A DNA stretch of 64,000 nucleotides. Origin: Thermovirgaceae bacterium. GTDB taxonomy: Bacteria; Synergistota; Synergistia; Synergistales; Thermovirgaceae. Position numbers and translations under genes: made by a program. The first letter of the stretch is position 1. Each line of letters starts with the position of its first letter. This document shows, in pieces, positions 38,045 to 46,921 of the stretch. The stretch covers positions 32,001-96,000 of the forward strand of contig JAXGNU010000006.1 in NCBI GenBank assembly GCA_040767805.1, read 5' to 3'. A model generated the notes under the pieces. The model was not told the origin of the DNA, did no database searches, and saw nothing but the letters and a program-made list of their open reading frames with translations.

Positions 38045-39436
38045 ATGAAGTACGATGTGATCATAGTGGGGGCCGGGCCTTCGGGGCTCTTCGCCGCCCG
38101 GGAACTGGCGGCGGCGGGCAAAAAGGTGGCGATCCTGGACAAGGGGAAGGGCATAGAGGACAGGCATTGCCCCCTGAAGGAGGGAAAAAGCGACACCTGC
38201 GTCCACTGCAAGCCCTGCAACGTCACCTCCGGTTGGGGCGGGGCCGGTTCCTTCAGCGACGGTAAGCTGACCCTCACCCCCGAGTTCGGCGGCAACCTGG
38301 AGCAGTACGTCGGCCGGGGGGAGCTGGTGGAACTCATAAACGTCGTGGACGGCATCTTCGTGAAGCACGGCGCCAGCCGGAAGGTTTTCTCCCCCGACCC
38401 GGTCTTCGCGAGGGACCTGACCACGAGGGCCAACACCGTGGGCCTCAGGATCATCCCCGCCCGGATAAGGCACATGGGGACGGACCGGTCCAAGGAGATC
38501 CTCCAAAGCATGTACCTGGAGATATCGCCCACCTGCGACATCATGATGGAGACCCCGGCCGATTCCGTCGTGGTCAGGGACGGCAGGGCCGCGGGGGTGA
38601 GGCTCGCCGACGGGAGCGTGCTGGAGGCGGGGGCGGTGCTCCTTGCGCCGGGCCGCGAGGGTTCCCCCTGGATGGAAAGGACCGTCGCCTCCCTGGGGCT
38701 GGAGATTAAGTCCCTGCCGGTGGATATCGGGGTCAGGGTGGAGATCCCCGCGGGGATAGCCGAGGCCGTCACGGACCAGTTCTACGAGGTCAAGGCGATC
38801 CTGGACACTCCCACCTTCGACGACCAGGTCAGGACCTTCTGCATGTGCCCCTACGGCGAGGTCACCACGGAGTACATGGAGCAGCACGATATCCTGACCG
38901 TGAACGGCCACAGCAACCGCGGCGGCGACGGGCGCACGGGCAACACCAACTTCGCCATCCTGGTGAGCACCGATTTCACCGAACCCTTCAAGGACCCCAA
39001 CGGGTACGGCAGCCACATTGCCAGGCTGGCCAACATGCTGGGGGGCGGTGTCCTGGTCCAGCGCCTGGGCGACCTCAAGCAGGGGCGGCGGTCCACACCC
39101 GGCCGGATAGCCAGGGGCCTGGTGGAGCCCACGCTGAAGACCGCCGAGCCCGGCGACCTGTCCTTCGTCCTGCCCTACAGGCACCTCAAGGGGATACTGG
39201 AGATGATCCAGGCCCTGGACATGATCATGCCGGGTATCAACGGCAAGCACACCCTTCTCTACGGCGTGGAGGTGAAGTTCTACAGCCTGAAGCTCGCCTT
39301 GGGCAGCGACCTGATGACCAGCGTGCCGGGGCTCTTCGCCTCCGGCGACGGCGCCGGCGTGACCAGGGGGGTCATCCAGGCCTCGGCCAGCGGCATCGTG
39401 GCCGCGAGAGGAATATTAAAGGACCTTGGAACATGA
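38045..39436 (+). CDS. NAD(P)/FAD-dependent oxidoreductase
   Basis: IVGAGPSG, C..C.PC, GWGGAGSFSDGK, RTFCMCP, GDGAGVTRG. Confidence 0.85.
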   Translation: MKYDVIIVGAGPSGLFAARELAAAGKKVAILDKGKGIEDRHCPLKEGKSDTCVHCKPCNVTSGWGGAGSFSDGKLTLTPEFGGNLEQYVGRGELVELINVVDGIFVKHGASRKVFSPDPVFARDLTTRANTVGLRIIPARIRHMGTDRSKEILQSMYLEISPTCDIMMETPADSVVVRDGRAAGVRLADGSVLEAGAVLLAPGREGSPWMERTVASLGLEIKSLPVDIGVRVEIPAGIAEAVTDQFYEVKAILDTPTFDDQVRTFCMCPYGEVTTEYMEQHDILTVNGHSNRGGDGRTGNTNFAILVSTDFTEPFKDPNGYGSHIARLANMLGGGVLVQRLGDLKQGRRSTPGRIARGLVEPTLKTAEPGDLSFVLPYRHLKGILEMIQALDMIMPGINGKHTLLYGVEVKFYSLKLALGSDLMTSVPGLFASGDGAGVTRGVIQASASGIVAARGILKDLGT

Positions 39437-39618
39437 ATCGGGAATCGCAAATCGGAAAACCTCCCGCGAGTTCATCGCGGGGTAAACGATAGAACACGGC
39501 AAAGGATGGAACCTAAGCCCCAAGCATGCATCGAAGATGAAGTTCTTCAGATCGTCTTGGAAACAATCCTTAATTTCTTGTTTCAAGCCTGGTGTTTTGG
39601 GAACCACGATTCACGACT
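39431..39618. repeat. Convergent heptamer arrays (locus D); right arm interrupted by IS110 and continuing at 40925-40945
   Basis: Forward acatgaa tcgggaa tcgcaaa tcggaaa (39431-39458); reverse accacga ttcacga ct|IS|tacga ttcacga tttacgc. Confidence 0.8.
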
Positions 39619-39634
39619 CGTATATTCTTTCGTC

Positions 39635-39830
39635 GGTTCTAAAATGAACCCTGTAAGGCAGTAGGTTTCGGGACGGCGAAGACCGATTTACGACTGAGGC
39701 CCTAGAGCCTGTTCGTAAGATAGGTCTAGTCGTTCCCACCGAGAACGGACGGTATGCTTGGGGCCCGGTAAGCCCGCATTTACGAGGCCGTTCCCTGGGA
39801 ACAATGCCGTCCCGACAAACCAACTGTAGC
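39635..39830 (+). ncRNA. Predicted IS110 bridge RNA (ends approximate)
   Basis: Two internal loops with segments matching target (39687-39695, 39713-39719) and donor (39749-39755, 39781-39786), each closed by stems. Confidence 0.8.
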
Positions 39831-39854
39831 ATTTCCTACGGGGGTGTTGAAGCT

Positions 39855-40871
39855 ATGAACCAATGTTTTGTCGGGATCGACGTCAGCAAGAAGCAGATCC
39901 ATGTCTGTGTCCTTGGCGAAAAGCCCCATCCCTACCCGAACTGCCTCACCGGGTTCCGGAAGATGATGAAAAGCCTCAGGGAGAAGAAACCCCATGGCGA
40001 AGAGACCTTCTTCCTCATAGGGATGGAGGCCACCGGTGTCTACCACCTCAAGCTCGCCACCTTCCTGAAGGACGAGCCCGATGTGGCCGTTTACGTCCTG
40101 AACCCCGCCCAGGTGAAGAGCTTCTTCAAGGCCTCCTTCCACAGGACCAAGACGGACGCCATAGACGCCTGCGGCATAGCTTCGTGCACGGAGTTCCTGG
40201 TCAAAAGGGACAAGGTCCGTGCCTTCGAGACCCCCGACAACGAGGTCGAACGGCTCAGGCAGCTCTGCCGCCGCCGGGAGGAGATCCTCTCCATGGTCCA
40301 GATGGAGAAAAACAGGATCGAAGCCTTGAAGGAGGTACCATCCCACTCCGGGGAAGTGGAAAGCTCCCTCCTGGAGCACCTGGAGTACCTGGAGCAGCGC
40401 CTTAAGGATATCGAAGAGAAGATCAAAGGACACATACGGAACTCACCGGGACTCAAAGAGCAGGTGGACCTCCTCAAGTCGATACCGGGCATTTCCGATA
40501 CCGCTGCCGCCGGACTCATCAGCGAGATTCGCTGCGCCGAGCGGTTCGACAATGTCAAGGAGCTGGTCGCCTTCGCGGGATTAGCGCCGGCGGAAAGGAC
40601 CTCCGGTACCTCCGTGAAGGGCAGGACCTGCATCTGCAAAACTGGTTCGTCCAGGCTGAGGAAGCACCTCTACATGCCCGCCCTGGTCGGCATAAGATAC
40701 AACCCCCTGCTGAAAGAGTTCTACGAAAGACTGACGAACCGCAACAAGCCCAAGAAAGCCGCTCTCATAGCCTGCATGCGCAAACTGCTTCACATAATCT
40801 ACGGGGTCCTGAAGAACAGAACCGCCTTTGACCCCCTTTGGGCGAAGAACAGGTTCGCCATGGCCTGTTGA
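39855..40871 (+). CDS. IS110 DEDD recombinase/transposase
   Basis: VGIDVSK (D), GMEATG (E), KTDAIDA (DD), SIPGI, AFAGLAP..RTSG, A.IACMRKLL..IYGVLK; intact 338 aa. Confidence 0.96.
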   Translation: MNQCFVGIDVSKKQIHVCVLGEKPHPYPNCLTGFRKMMKSLREKKPHGEETFFLIGMEATGVYHLKLATFLKDEPDVAVYVLNPAQVKSFFKASFHRTKTDAIDACGIASCTEFLVKRDKVRAFETPDNEVERLRQLCRRREEILSMVQMEKNRIEALKEVPSHSGEVESSLLEHLEYLEQRLKDIEEKIKGHIRNSPGLKEQVDLLKSIPGISDTAAAGLISEIRCAERFDNVKELVAFAGLAPAERTSGTSVKGRTCICKTGSSRLRKHLYMPALVGIRYNPLLKEFYERLTNRNKPKKAALIACMRKLLHIIYGVLKNRTAFDPLWAKNRFAMAC

Positions 40872-40961
40872 AACAGATCGGCTTATGAGGGTTCATTATT
40901 TTCAAGGTTGACGGAAGACGGTATCTTACGATTCACGATTTACGCACAGGGAGGTCAGATC

Positions 40962-41693
40962 ATGAAAACCATTGGACTGATAGGCGGGCTGACCTGGGAA
41001 TCCACCATCGAGTACTACCGCATCATCAACGAGGAGGTCGCCCGGAGGCTCGGCGGCGTTCACTCCGCCAGGATCCTGATGCACAGCTTCGACTTCCAGG
41101 ACATCGACACCCTCATGCTGGCGGGTCGCTGGGAGGAGGTCGGGGCCAAGGCGGCCGAAGCCGGCCTTGGACTTGAAAGCCTCGGCGCCGACTTCCTGCT
41201 GATCTGCTCCAACACTATCCACAAGGTGGCCGAGGTCGTCTCGGAGACGGTATCGGTCCCCCTGATCCACCTGGCCGACGTGACGGCCGAGGCCGTCAAG
41301 GAAAAGGGCGTTTGCAAGGTGGGCCTCCTGGGGACAATCTTCACCATGGAACACGACTTCTACAAGGGGCGGCTGGCCCAAAAGCACGGCCTGGAGGTCC
41401 TGATCCCGGAAAAGGAGGACAGGGCCTTCGTGAGCAGGGTCATCGACGAGGAGCTCACCCTGGGCGAACTGAAGGAGGCTTCGAGGGCCCGCTTCCTGGG
41501 GATCATCGATGACCTGGCCCGCCGGGGCGCCGGGGGGGTCATCCTGGGCTGCACCGAGATCCCCCTGCTGGTGAAGCAACCTGACACGGCCGTCACCCTT
41601 TTCGACACGACGCGCCTGCACTCCCTGGCGGCCGTCGAGGAGGCCCTCAAGGAGGACTGCCAGGTGCCTGACGACGGCGAGGAGAATCCTTGA
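40962..41693 (+). CDS. Aspartate/glutamate racemase family (RacX/YgeA-like)
   Basis: GLIGGLTWEST..YY, CSNT, ILGCTE. Confidence 0.9.
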   Translation: MKTIGLIGGLTWESTIEYYRIINEEVARRLGGVHSARILMHSFDFQDIDTLMLAGRWEEVGAKAAEAGLGLESLGADFLLICSNTIHKVAEVVSETVSVPLIHLADVTAEAVKEKGVCKVGLLGTIFTMEHDFYKGRLAQKHGLEVLIPEKEDRAFVSRVIDEELTLGELKEASRARFLGIIDDLARRGAGGVILGCTEIPLLVKQPDTAVTLFDTTRLHSLAAVEEALKEDCQVPDDGEENP

Positions 41694-41757
41694 AAAACCG
41701 TGGTATCGGACGAAACTGGTCAGAAAAAAGGGATATTTCCCTTTCAAAGGGAAAATT

Positions 41758-41797
41758 ACTAACCTATGCTGACTAATAAATTTGACCATTACTGACG
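41758..41797. promoter_or_regulatory. CtsR-like heptad repeats upstream of hsp20
   Basis: TTTGACC-att-ACTGACG (41781-41797) and ACTAACC-tat-GCTGACT (41758-41774), reverse-complement matches to RGTCAAA-NAN-RGTCAAA. Confidence 0.6.
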
Positions 41798-41843
41798 AAT
41801 TTTGGTATCCTCTCCCCAGGTAAGCAAAAGGAGGGGGTTTTTG

Positions 41844-42269
41844 ATGAGACAACTGGTTCCGTTCGGCAGGGGAATGAGCATATTCGACGAGATGGACGAT
41901 CTCTTCAGGGGTTTCTCCGACGCCATCAGGCCCATGACGCGCAGGTACGTTCCCGTCGATCTTTACGAGGAGAACGATGAAGTCGTCGTCAATATCGACG
42001 CACCCGGTTTCGACCCGTCCCAGATAGAGATCAAGACGTACTCCGACAGGGTGAACGTGAGTTCCAAGGTCGAAGAGAAGGCCGAGGAAGAGACCGGCAA
42101 GACATGGTACATGAGAAGGGGCGAGAGGACCATGAACCTCTGCGTGACCCTTCCCACCGAGGTGGACCCCGAGAGGTCCCAGGCCAGTTTCAAAAACGGG
42201 GTCATCTCACTGCGGCTCCCCAAGAGCAAAGCCGTACAGGGCCGCGTCCTGGAACTGAAGCAGGAATAA
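41844..42269 (+). CDS. Hsp20/alpha-crystallin small heat-shock protein
   Basis: PVDLYE, DAPG, LPTEVD, ASFKNGV..L.LPK. Confidence 0.9.
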   Translation: MRQLVPFGRGMSIFDEMDDLFRGFSDAIRPMTRRYVPVDLYEENDEVVVNIDAPGFDPSQIEIKTYSDRVNVSSKVEEKAEEETGKTWYMRRGERTMNLCVTLPTEVDPERSQASFKNGVISLRLPKSKAVQGRVLELKQE

Positions 42270-42410
42270 GGCCCGCCCTTTCACGGGTTGAGTGCTCCTT
42301 TTTTGAAAGATAAGGTTACTGGGGCGGCGGCTGACCCCGCCGCCCTTTTTTCGATGGACCCATAGAAAAGACGCCGGCGATAGAGCCGGAAAAAGCCCAG
42401 GGGGGATGCG

Positions 42411-44285
42411 TTGATGCCAGGGAAAGAGACCTTCCAGTTCCAGGCGGAGGCCAAGCAACTCCTGGACCTGATGATCCACTCCGTCTACTCCAACCGCGAC
42501 ATCTTCCTCAGGGAACTCGTATCCAACGCCTCGGACGCGCTCGACAAGCTGCGCTTCGAGGCCCTGACCGATGAGAACCTCGCCCACCTCGCGGAGGACC
42601 TCCACATCCTCATCGAGGCCGACCCCGGGGCGCGGACGCTGACCGTCTCCGACAACGGCATCGGCATGACCCGGTCGGAACTGGTGGACTTCATCGGGAC
42701 CATCGCCCGGTCGGGCACGAGGGAATACCTGGAACTACTGCAGGGCAAGGGCGCGGGCTCGTTCCCGGAGGAACTGATCGGCCAGTTCGGCATCGGCTTC
42801 TACTCCTCCTTCATGGTGGCCGACAGGGTCTCCCTGGTAACGCGGCGGGCCGGCGAGTCCGCGGCCTGGAAGTGGGATTCCGCCGGCGACGGGAACTACA
42901 CCCTCGAGGAGACCTCCCGCGACGCCCAGGGGACTTCCGTGACGCTCCGCCTGAAAAAGGACGAGGAGGACGAGACCGCCAGGGATTACTCCGACCCCCC
43001 GGTGATCGGCGAGATAATCCGCCGTTACAGCGACTTCGTGGCCTGGCCGATCCGGATGAAGTCCGCCGACGGTTCCCTCGAGACCCTCAACTCCATGAAG
43101 GCCCTCTGGACGAGGCCCGAAGAGGAGGTCACCGGGGAGGAGTACGACGAGTTCTACAGGCACATCACCCACGACTGGAACAAACCGCTCAGGAGGGTCC
43201 TTTTCAAGGCCGAAGGAGGGATGGAGTTCAGGGCGCTGCTGTACATCCCGCCCAGGGCGCCGCTGGAACTCTTCACGAGGGACCTCTTCAAGGGCGTCCA
43301 GCTCTACATCCGCCGGGTCTTCATCATGGACGACTGCCGCGAACTCGTGCCTGAGTACCTTCGGTTCCTCCGGGGCCTCGTGGACTCCGAGGACCTGCCC
43401 CTCAACATATCCAGGGAGATGCTCCAGCAGAACCGGCAGGTGGAGACCATAAAGAGGAGCATCGCCAGGAAGGTCCTCGATTCCCTCTCGGCGATGTTGA
43501 AGGAGGACAGGGACGCCTACCTGGCCTTCTGGGAGAACTTCGGAAAGGTCCTCAAGGAGGGGATCTTCTCCGACGGGAAGAACCGCGCCAGGATCCTCGA
43601 GGTCTCCCTCTTCGACACGACAGGGCCCGAGGGCCCCGTGACCCTCGACGAGTACCTGGCCAGGATGCCCGAAGGCCAGGAGGAGATCTACTACATCACG
43701 GCTCCGAGCCTGACGGTGGGCAAAAACGCCCCGCACCTGGAAGCCTTCACCGAAAAGGGATACGAAGTTATCGTGCTCAGCGACCCCGTGGACGAAATAT
43801 GGTCCCCGGCGGTGGAAGACTACAAGGGCAAGAAGTTCACCTCCCTCTCGAGGGGGGCCGTCGAAGTCCCCTCGTCGGCGGAGGCGGGTGAAGATGTCGC
43901 CTCCGGTGAAGGCCTGGAGGCCCTCCTGGAGGACCTGGGCAAGGCCCTCTCGGGGGAAGTGAAGGAAGTCAGGGTCTCCGAACGCCTGAAGGCTTCGCCG
44001 TCGTGCCTCGTGGGTGAGGCCTTCGACCTCACGCCCCAGATGGAAGCCTTCCTCAGGGCGGCGGGGCAGGAGGTCCCCAGGGTGAAGAGGAACCTGGAGA
44101 TAAACCCCTCCCACCCCCTGGTGATGAAACTGAAGGGCATCCATGACGCCGACCCCTCTGACCCGAGGGTAGCCAGGTTCGCCAGGGTCCTCTTCGGCCT
44201 CGCGACCCTCTCCGAGGGAGGAGGGCTGGACGACCCGGCGGCCTTCAGCCGCGAGGTCGCCGAACTGCTGTCGGAGCCGGTATAA
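42411..44285 (+). CDS. htpG: Hsp90 chaperone
   Basis: [58 protein letters not shown]. Confidence 0.96.
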
Positions 44286-44327
44286 TTAACTGGCCGTGCC
44301 GCCGGCACGGCCACATCCCCCAGGGAG

Positions 44328-44603
44328 GTGGACTCCGTGTCCAGGGCGTTCGTCGATGAAGACAGCGAGGTTCGTCTCAACCGCGAGAGGCTCGAGCGGG
44401 AGAGAAAGCTCCGCGACTGGCTTGCCATCCAGGAGAAAAAACTGGCCTTCCTGGAGTCCGACCCCAAGGCCGAGGACATGGACCAGGACTTGCGGGAGCG
44501 ATGGCTGCGCGAGACGCGGGAAGATATCGAGCGGACCCGCAAACTGCTGGAGGAGTTCACCCTGGACGACGGGGAGCCTTCCGTCGCCCGGGGAGGCGCC
44601 TGA
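44328..44603 (+). CDS. Small coiled-coil hypothetical protein
   Basis: [18 protein letters not shown]-terminus, stop overlaps next ATG; start may be GTG 44337. Confidence 0.6.
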   Translation: MDSVSRAFVDEDSEVRLNRERLERERKLRDWLAIQEKKLAFLESDPKAEDMDQDLRERWLRETREDIERTRKLLEEFTLDDGEPSVARGGA

Positions 44604-44977
44604 TGCTCTTCATCGTCCGCCTCGTCAGGCTGGTACTTCCCCTCGTTTTTGTCCTGCTGGCCTTTCGAGCCTTCTCGGACCTGTTCCGGCGATGGGCGGC
44701 CCAGGAGGAGCGCCGCGCCGCCGGGGGGCGCCGCTCCTACCCGCCCCCCCCGGGCGGGGGAAGGCCCCCCCGGGACCCCTACGAGGTCCTGGGCTGCTCA
44801 CCGGGCGACAGCGACGAGAAGATCAGGAAAGCCTACCGGAGGCTGGTAGCCAAGTACCACCCCGACAAGTTCATCGGCCTCGACCTGGACAAGGAGTTCG
44901 TGGACCTTGCCGCCAAGAGGTTCCAGGAAGTCCAGGAGGCCTACGAGCATATCAGGCAGTACAGGGGATCCGCCTGA
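44603..44977 (+). CDS. Membrane-anchored J-domain protein (DjlA C-terminus-like)
   Basis: N-terminal [29 protein letters not shown]. Confidence 0.85.
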   Translation: MLFIVRLVRLVLPLVFVLLAFRAFSDLFRRWAAQEERRAAGGRRSYPPPPGGGRPPRDPYEVLGCSPGDSDEKIRKAYRRLVAKYHPDKFIGLDLDKEFVDLAAKRFQEVQEAYEHIRQYRGSA

Positions 44978-45009
44978 GGGCGCTCTCCCAAGAGAGGAGT
45001 GTCGATGGG

Positions 45010-45372
45010 ATGAAGAAAGGATACCTGGTCATGGCGGCGTTCCTGGCGGTGGCGGTCTTCGCGGCCGGCCTTGCCGCGGCCGCCGGTTCTGAATTGAGGG
45101 TCACCCCGGAAGCCCAGGCCGAGATGGCCAACCTGGGGAGCGTCCTGACCCTGGCGCCGGAGACACTTTCCAGCGGCTGAGCCAGGGTGGTTGCCGCCAC
45201 GGTCCGTGGCGGCGCCCCGGGGGACACGGCGGGCTTCAGGGCCGTCGAGGGTGAGGGGTTCCTGCTATGGGTGGACCGTTCCCTTCAATTTCGAGGTGAG
45301 GGCATCGACCTCGACGTGGGCTTCGCCGGCAGCAGGAAGGTCGTCTACGCCACGAACTATATCTCCCGGTGA
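45010..45372 (+). CDS. Probable exported selenoprotein, 120 aa with Sec57 (UGA 45178-45180)
   Basis: GAGGAG upstream of ATG, signal peptide, frame continues 63 codons past the UGA, SECIS-like hairpin immediately 3'. Confidence 0.7.
45181..45220 (+). promoter_or_regulatory. Putative bacterial SECIS element
   Basis: GCCGCCAC-ggtcc-GTGGCGGC (45193-45213), 12 nt after UGA, G at loop start, extendable lower stem. Confidence 0.65.
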
Positions 45373-45401
45373 GCGGGAGCCCGGGGCGGGAGGGGTCACC
45401 C

Positions 45402-45833
45402 ATGGCCGGAAAAAAGCCCAAGAGGGTCCCCGTCGACGGCTCAAGCGAGGAGGTCCCTGAGAGCGTCCTGGGCGGCCTCCTGCGGGAACTGGGGTTTTCC
45501 GGCCCCGACGAGGGCCCGCGGAAGACCCCGCCGCCCGGGCCGGAGGCGGCCCCCACCCCGGAGGGCGGGATCCCGGACCTGGCCGACGTGGGCAAGATCG
45601 TCCTCAGGGTCCAGAAAAAGGGGAGGGGCGGTAAGACCGTGACGACCCTCTCCACCCCCGGGGGAGGGTTTTCGCCGGGGGCGCTGGAGCCCCTCGCCAG
45701 GGAGATCCGCAGGGCCCTAGGCTGCGGGGCCAGGGTCGAGGACGGGTCGGTGGTCATCCAGGGCGATAACGCCGAGCGGGCCGAAAAGTGGCTCCTCCAG
45801 AGAGGAGCGAGGAGGGTCGTCAGGGGTTCCTGA
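45402..45833 (+). CDS. SUI1/YciH translation initiation factor family
   Basis: KKGRGGKTVT, LGCGA.V, IQGD. Confidence 0.85.
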   Translation: MAGKKPKRVPVDGSSEEVPESVLGGLLRELGFSGPDEGPRKTPPPGPEAAPTPEGGIPDLADVGKIVLRVQKKGRGGKTVTTLSTPGGGFSPGALEPLAREIRRALGCGARVEDGSVVIQGDNAERAEKWLLQRGARRVVRGS

Positions 45834-46340
45834 TCACGGGGGGGATCCCTGGGGCGCTTCTCCCCCGGCGAAAGCCGCGATCGCCTCCCCCTGCAGCCTC
45901 AGTATGAACACCTCGTCGTGCCTCAGCGCCCCGATCCTGTCGTAGTACTCCAGGGCCGGGGCGTTGTCCTTCATGCACCACCACTCGAACCTCCCGCACC
46001 CCCTCTGGACGGCGATGGCTGCCAGGCGCCGTAGAAGCGCCGTTCCCAGGCCCTTGCCGCGCCACTTTGGGCTTATGTAGAGGTCGTCCAGGTGGAGCCC
46101 CCTCTTGCCCAGGACCGTGGAGAAGGTCTGGTAGAAGACGGCGAAACCCACGCGCTCCCCTCCCACCGATGCCAGCAGGGTCTCCGCCGCCGGCGCCTCG
46201 CCGAAGAGCGCCTCCAGGAGCCCTTCCTCGGTGGCGGTCACCCTGTGCCCTATCCCCTCGTATTCCGCCAGCTCCCTGATGAACCGCAGGATCACCGGCA
46301 CATCCCCGGGCGTCCCCTCCCGGATGGCGAAACGGCCCAT
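45834..46340 (-). CDS. GNAT acetyltransferase (SSAT-like)
   Basis: IRELAEYE, LDDLYI..WRGKGLG, N.PALEYY. Confidence 0.88.
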   Translation of the reverse strand: MGRFAIREGTPGDVPVILRFIRELAEYEGIGHRVTATEEGLLEALFGEAPAAETLLASVGGERVGFAVFYQTFSTVLGKRGLHLDDLYISPKWRGKGLGTALLRRLAAIAVQRGCGRFEWWCMKDNAPALEYYDRIGALRHDEVFILRLQGEAIAAFAGGEAPQGSPP

Positions 46341-46416
46341 CGACTCCGCCCTTTTCCCCAAGGGTCATACCTCCCCGGTCATTTCAGGATCGCCGAACAT
46401 TCCCCGCTGCCGAACC

Positions 46417-46917
46417 TCACCGCTTCCGCTTCCCGTACCATTCCCTCAGCCGGGTGATCTCCGCCGGGACGGCCTCCCTCGCCGCCTCGCCGTCGAAGTC
46501 CGCCAGGGCCGCGACCCTGCCCAGGTGGTAGGGGTCGCGGCTCACGGGAAAGAAAGGTCCCCGGTAGACGATGAAGTCATCGTAAAGGACCCATTCGAGG
46601 AGCCCCGGCGCGAGGTCTTCCTCGGCGTTCAGCACCGGCCCGGGCCCGTACTTCAGCATCAGCGACGCCCCGCGCTCGTCGCCGATGAAGGCGAAGGAGT
46701 CGCCCTCGGCTTTAAGGGCCACCAACAAAACGCCCCCCTCCCTGTCCACGAAGATATCGTGGAAGCCCCAGAAGGGGGGGTTGAAGACCAGGATCCTCTT
46801 TCCCTTCAGCCTTTCGAAGTATTCCCCCAGGCGCGGGGCCCTCTCGGCCATGTCCTTGGGGGTGAGGGGCGGCCTCCTCCTCCCGAGGAGATGCCCCAGC
46901 AGCGCCAGGGGGTCCAT
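46417..46917 (-). CDS. Hypothetical protein
   Basis: 166-aa ORF with coding-like codon usage, 4 nt downstream of the next minus-strand gene. Confidence 0.65.
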   Translation of the reverse strand: MDPLALLGHLLGRRRPPLTPKDMAERAPRLGEYFERLKGKRILVFNPPFWGFHDIFVDREGGVLLVALKAEGDSFAFIGDERGASLMLKYGPGPVLNAEEDLAPGLLEWVLYDDFIVYRGPFFPVSRDPYHLGRVAALADFDGEAAREAVPAEITRLREWYGKRKR

Positions 46918-46921
46918 GGGG

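Larger units (their letters stand above)
39617..40926 (+). mobile_element. IS110-family insertion sequence bounded by CT cores
   Basis: CT at 39617-39618 and 40925-40926; excision restores the heptamer register; subterminal inverted repeats AATGAACCCT (39643-39652)/AGGGTTCATT (40888-40897) and TCTTTCGTC/GACGGAAGA; DEDD transposase. Confidence 0.9.

Noticed and set aside
39619..39624. GTAT at both IS ends as a 4-bp target-site duplication
   Set aside because: IS110 elements do not make classical TSDs; only the CT core restores the heptamer register, gives 17-nt promoter spacing and matches the guides.
39416..39832. Short minus-strand ORFs 39416-39607 and 39611-39832
   Set aside because: They overlap the repeat core and the bridge RNA region, with no RBS or motifs.
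42270..42300. CIRCE or HAIR operator before htpG (TTGAGTGCTCC)
   Set aside because: Only a half-site; the partner arm at the required spacing is missing.
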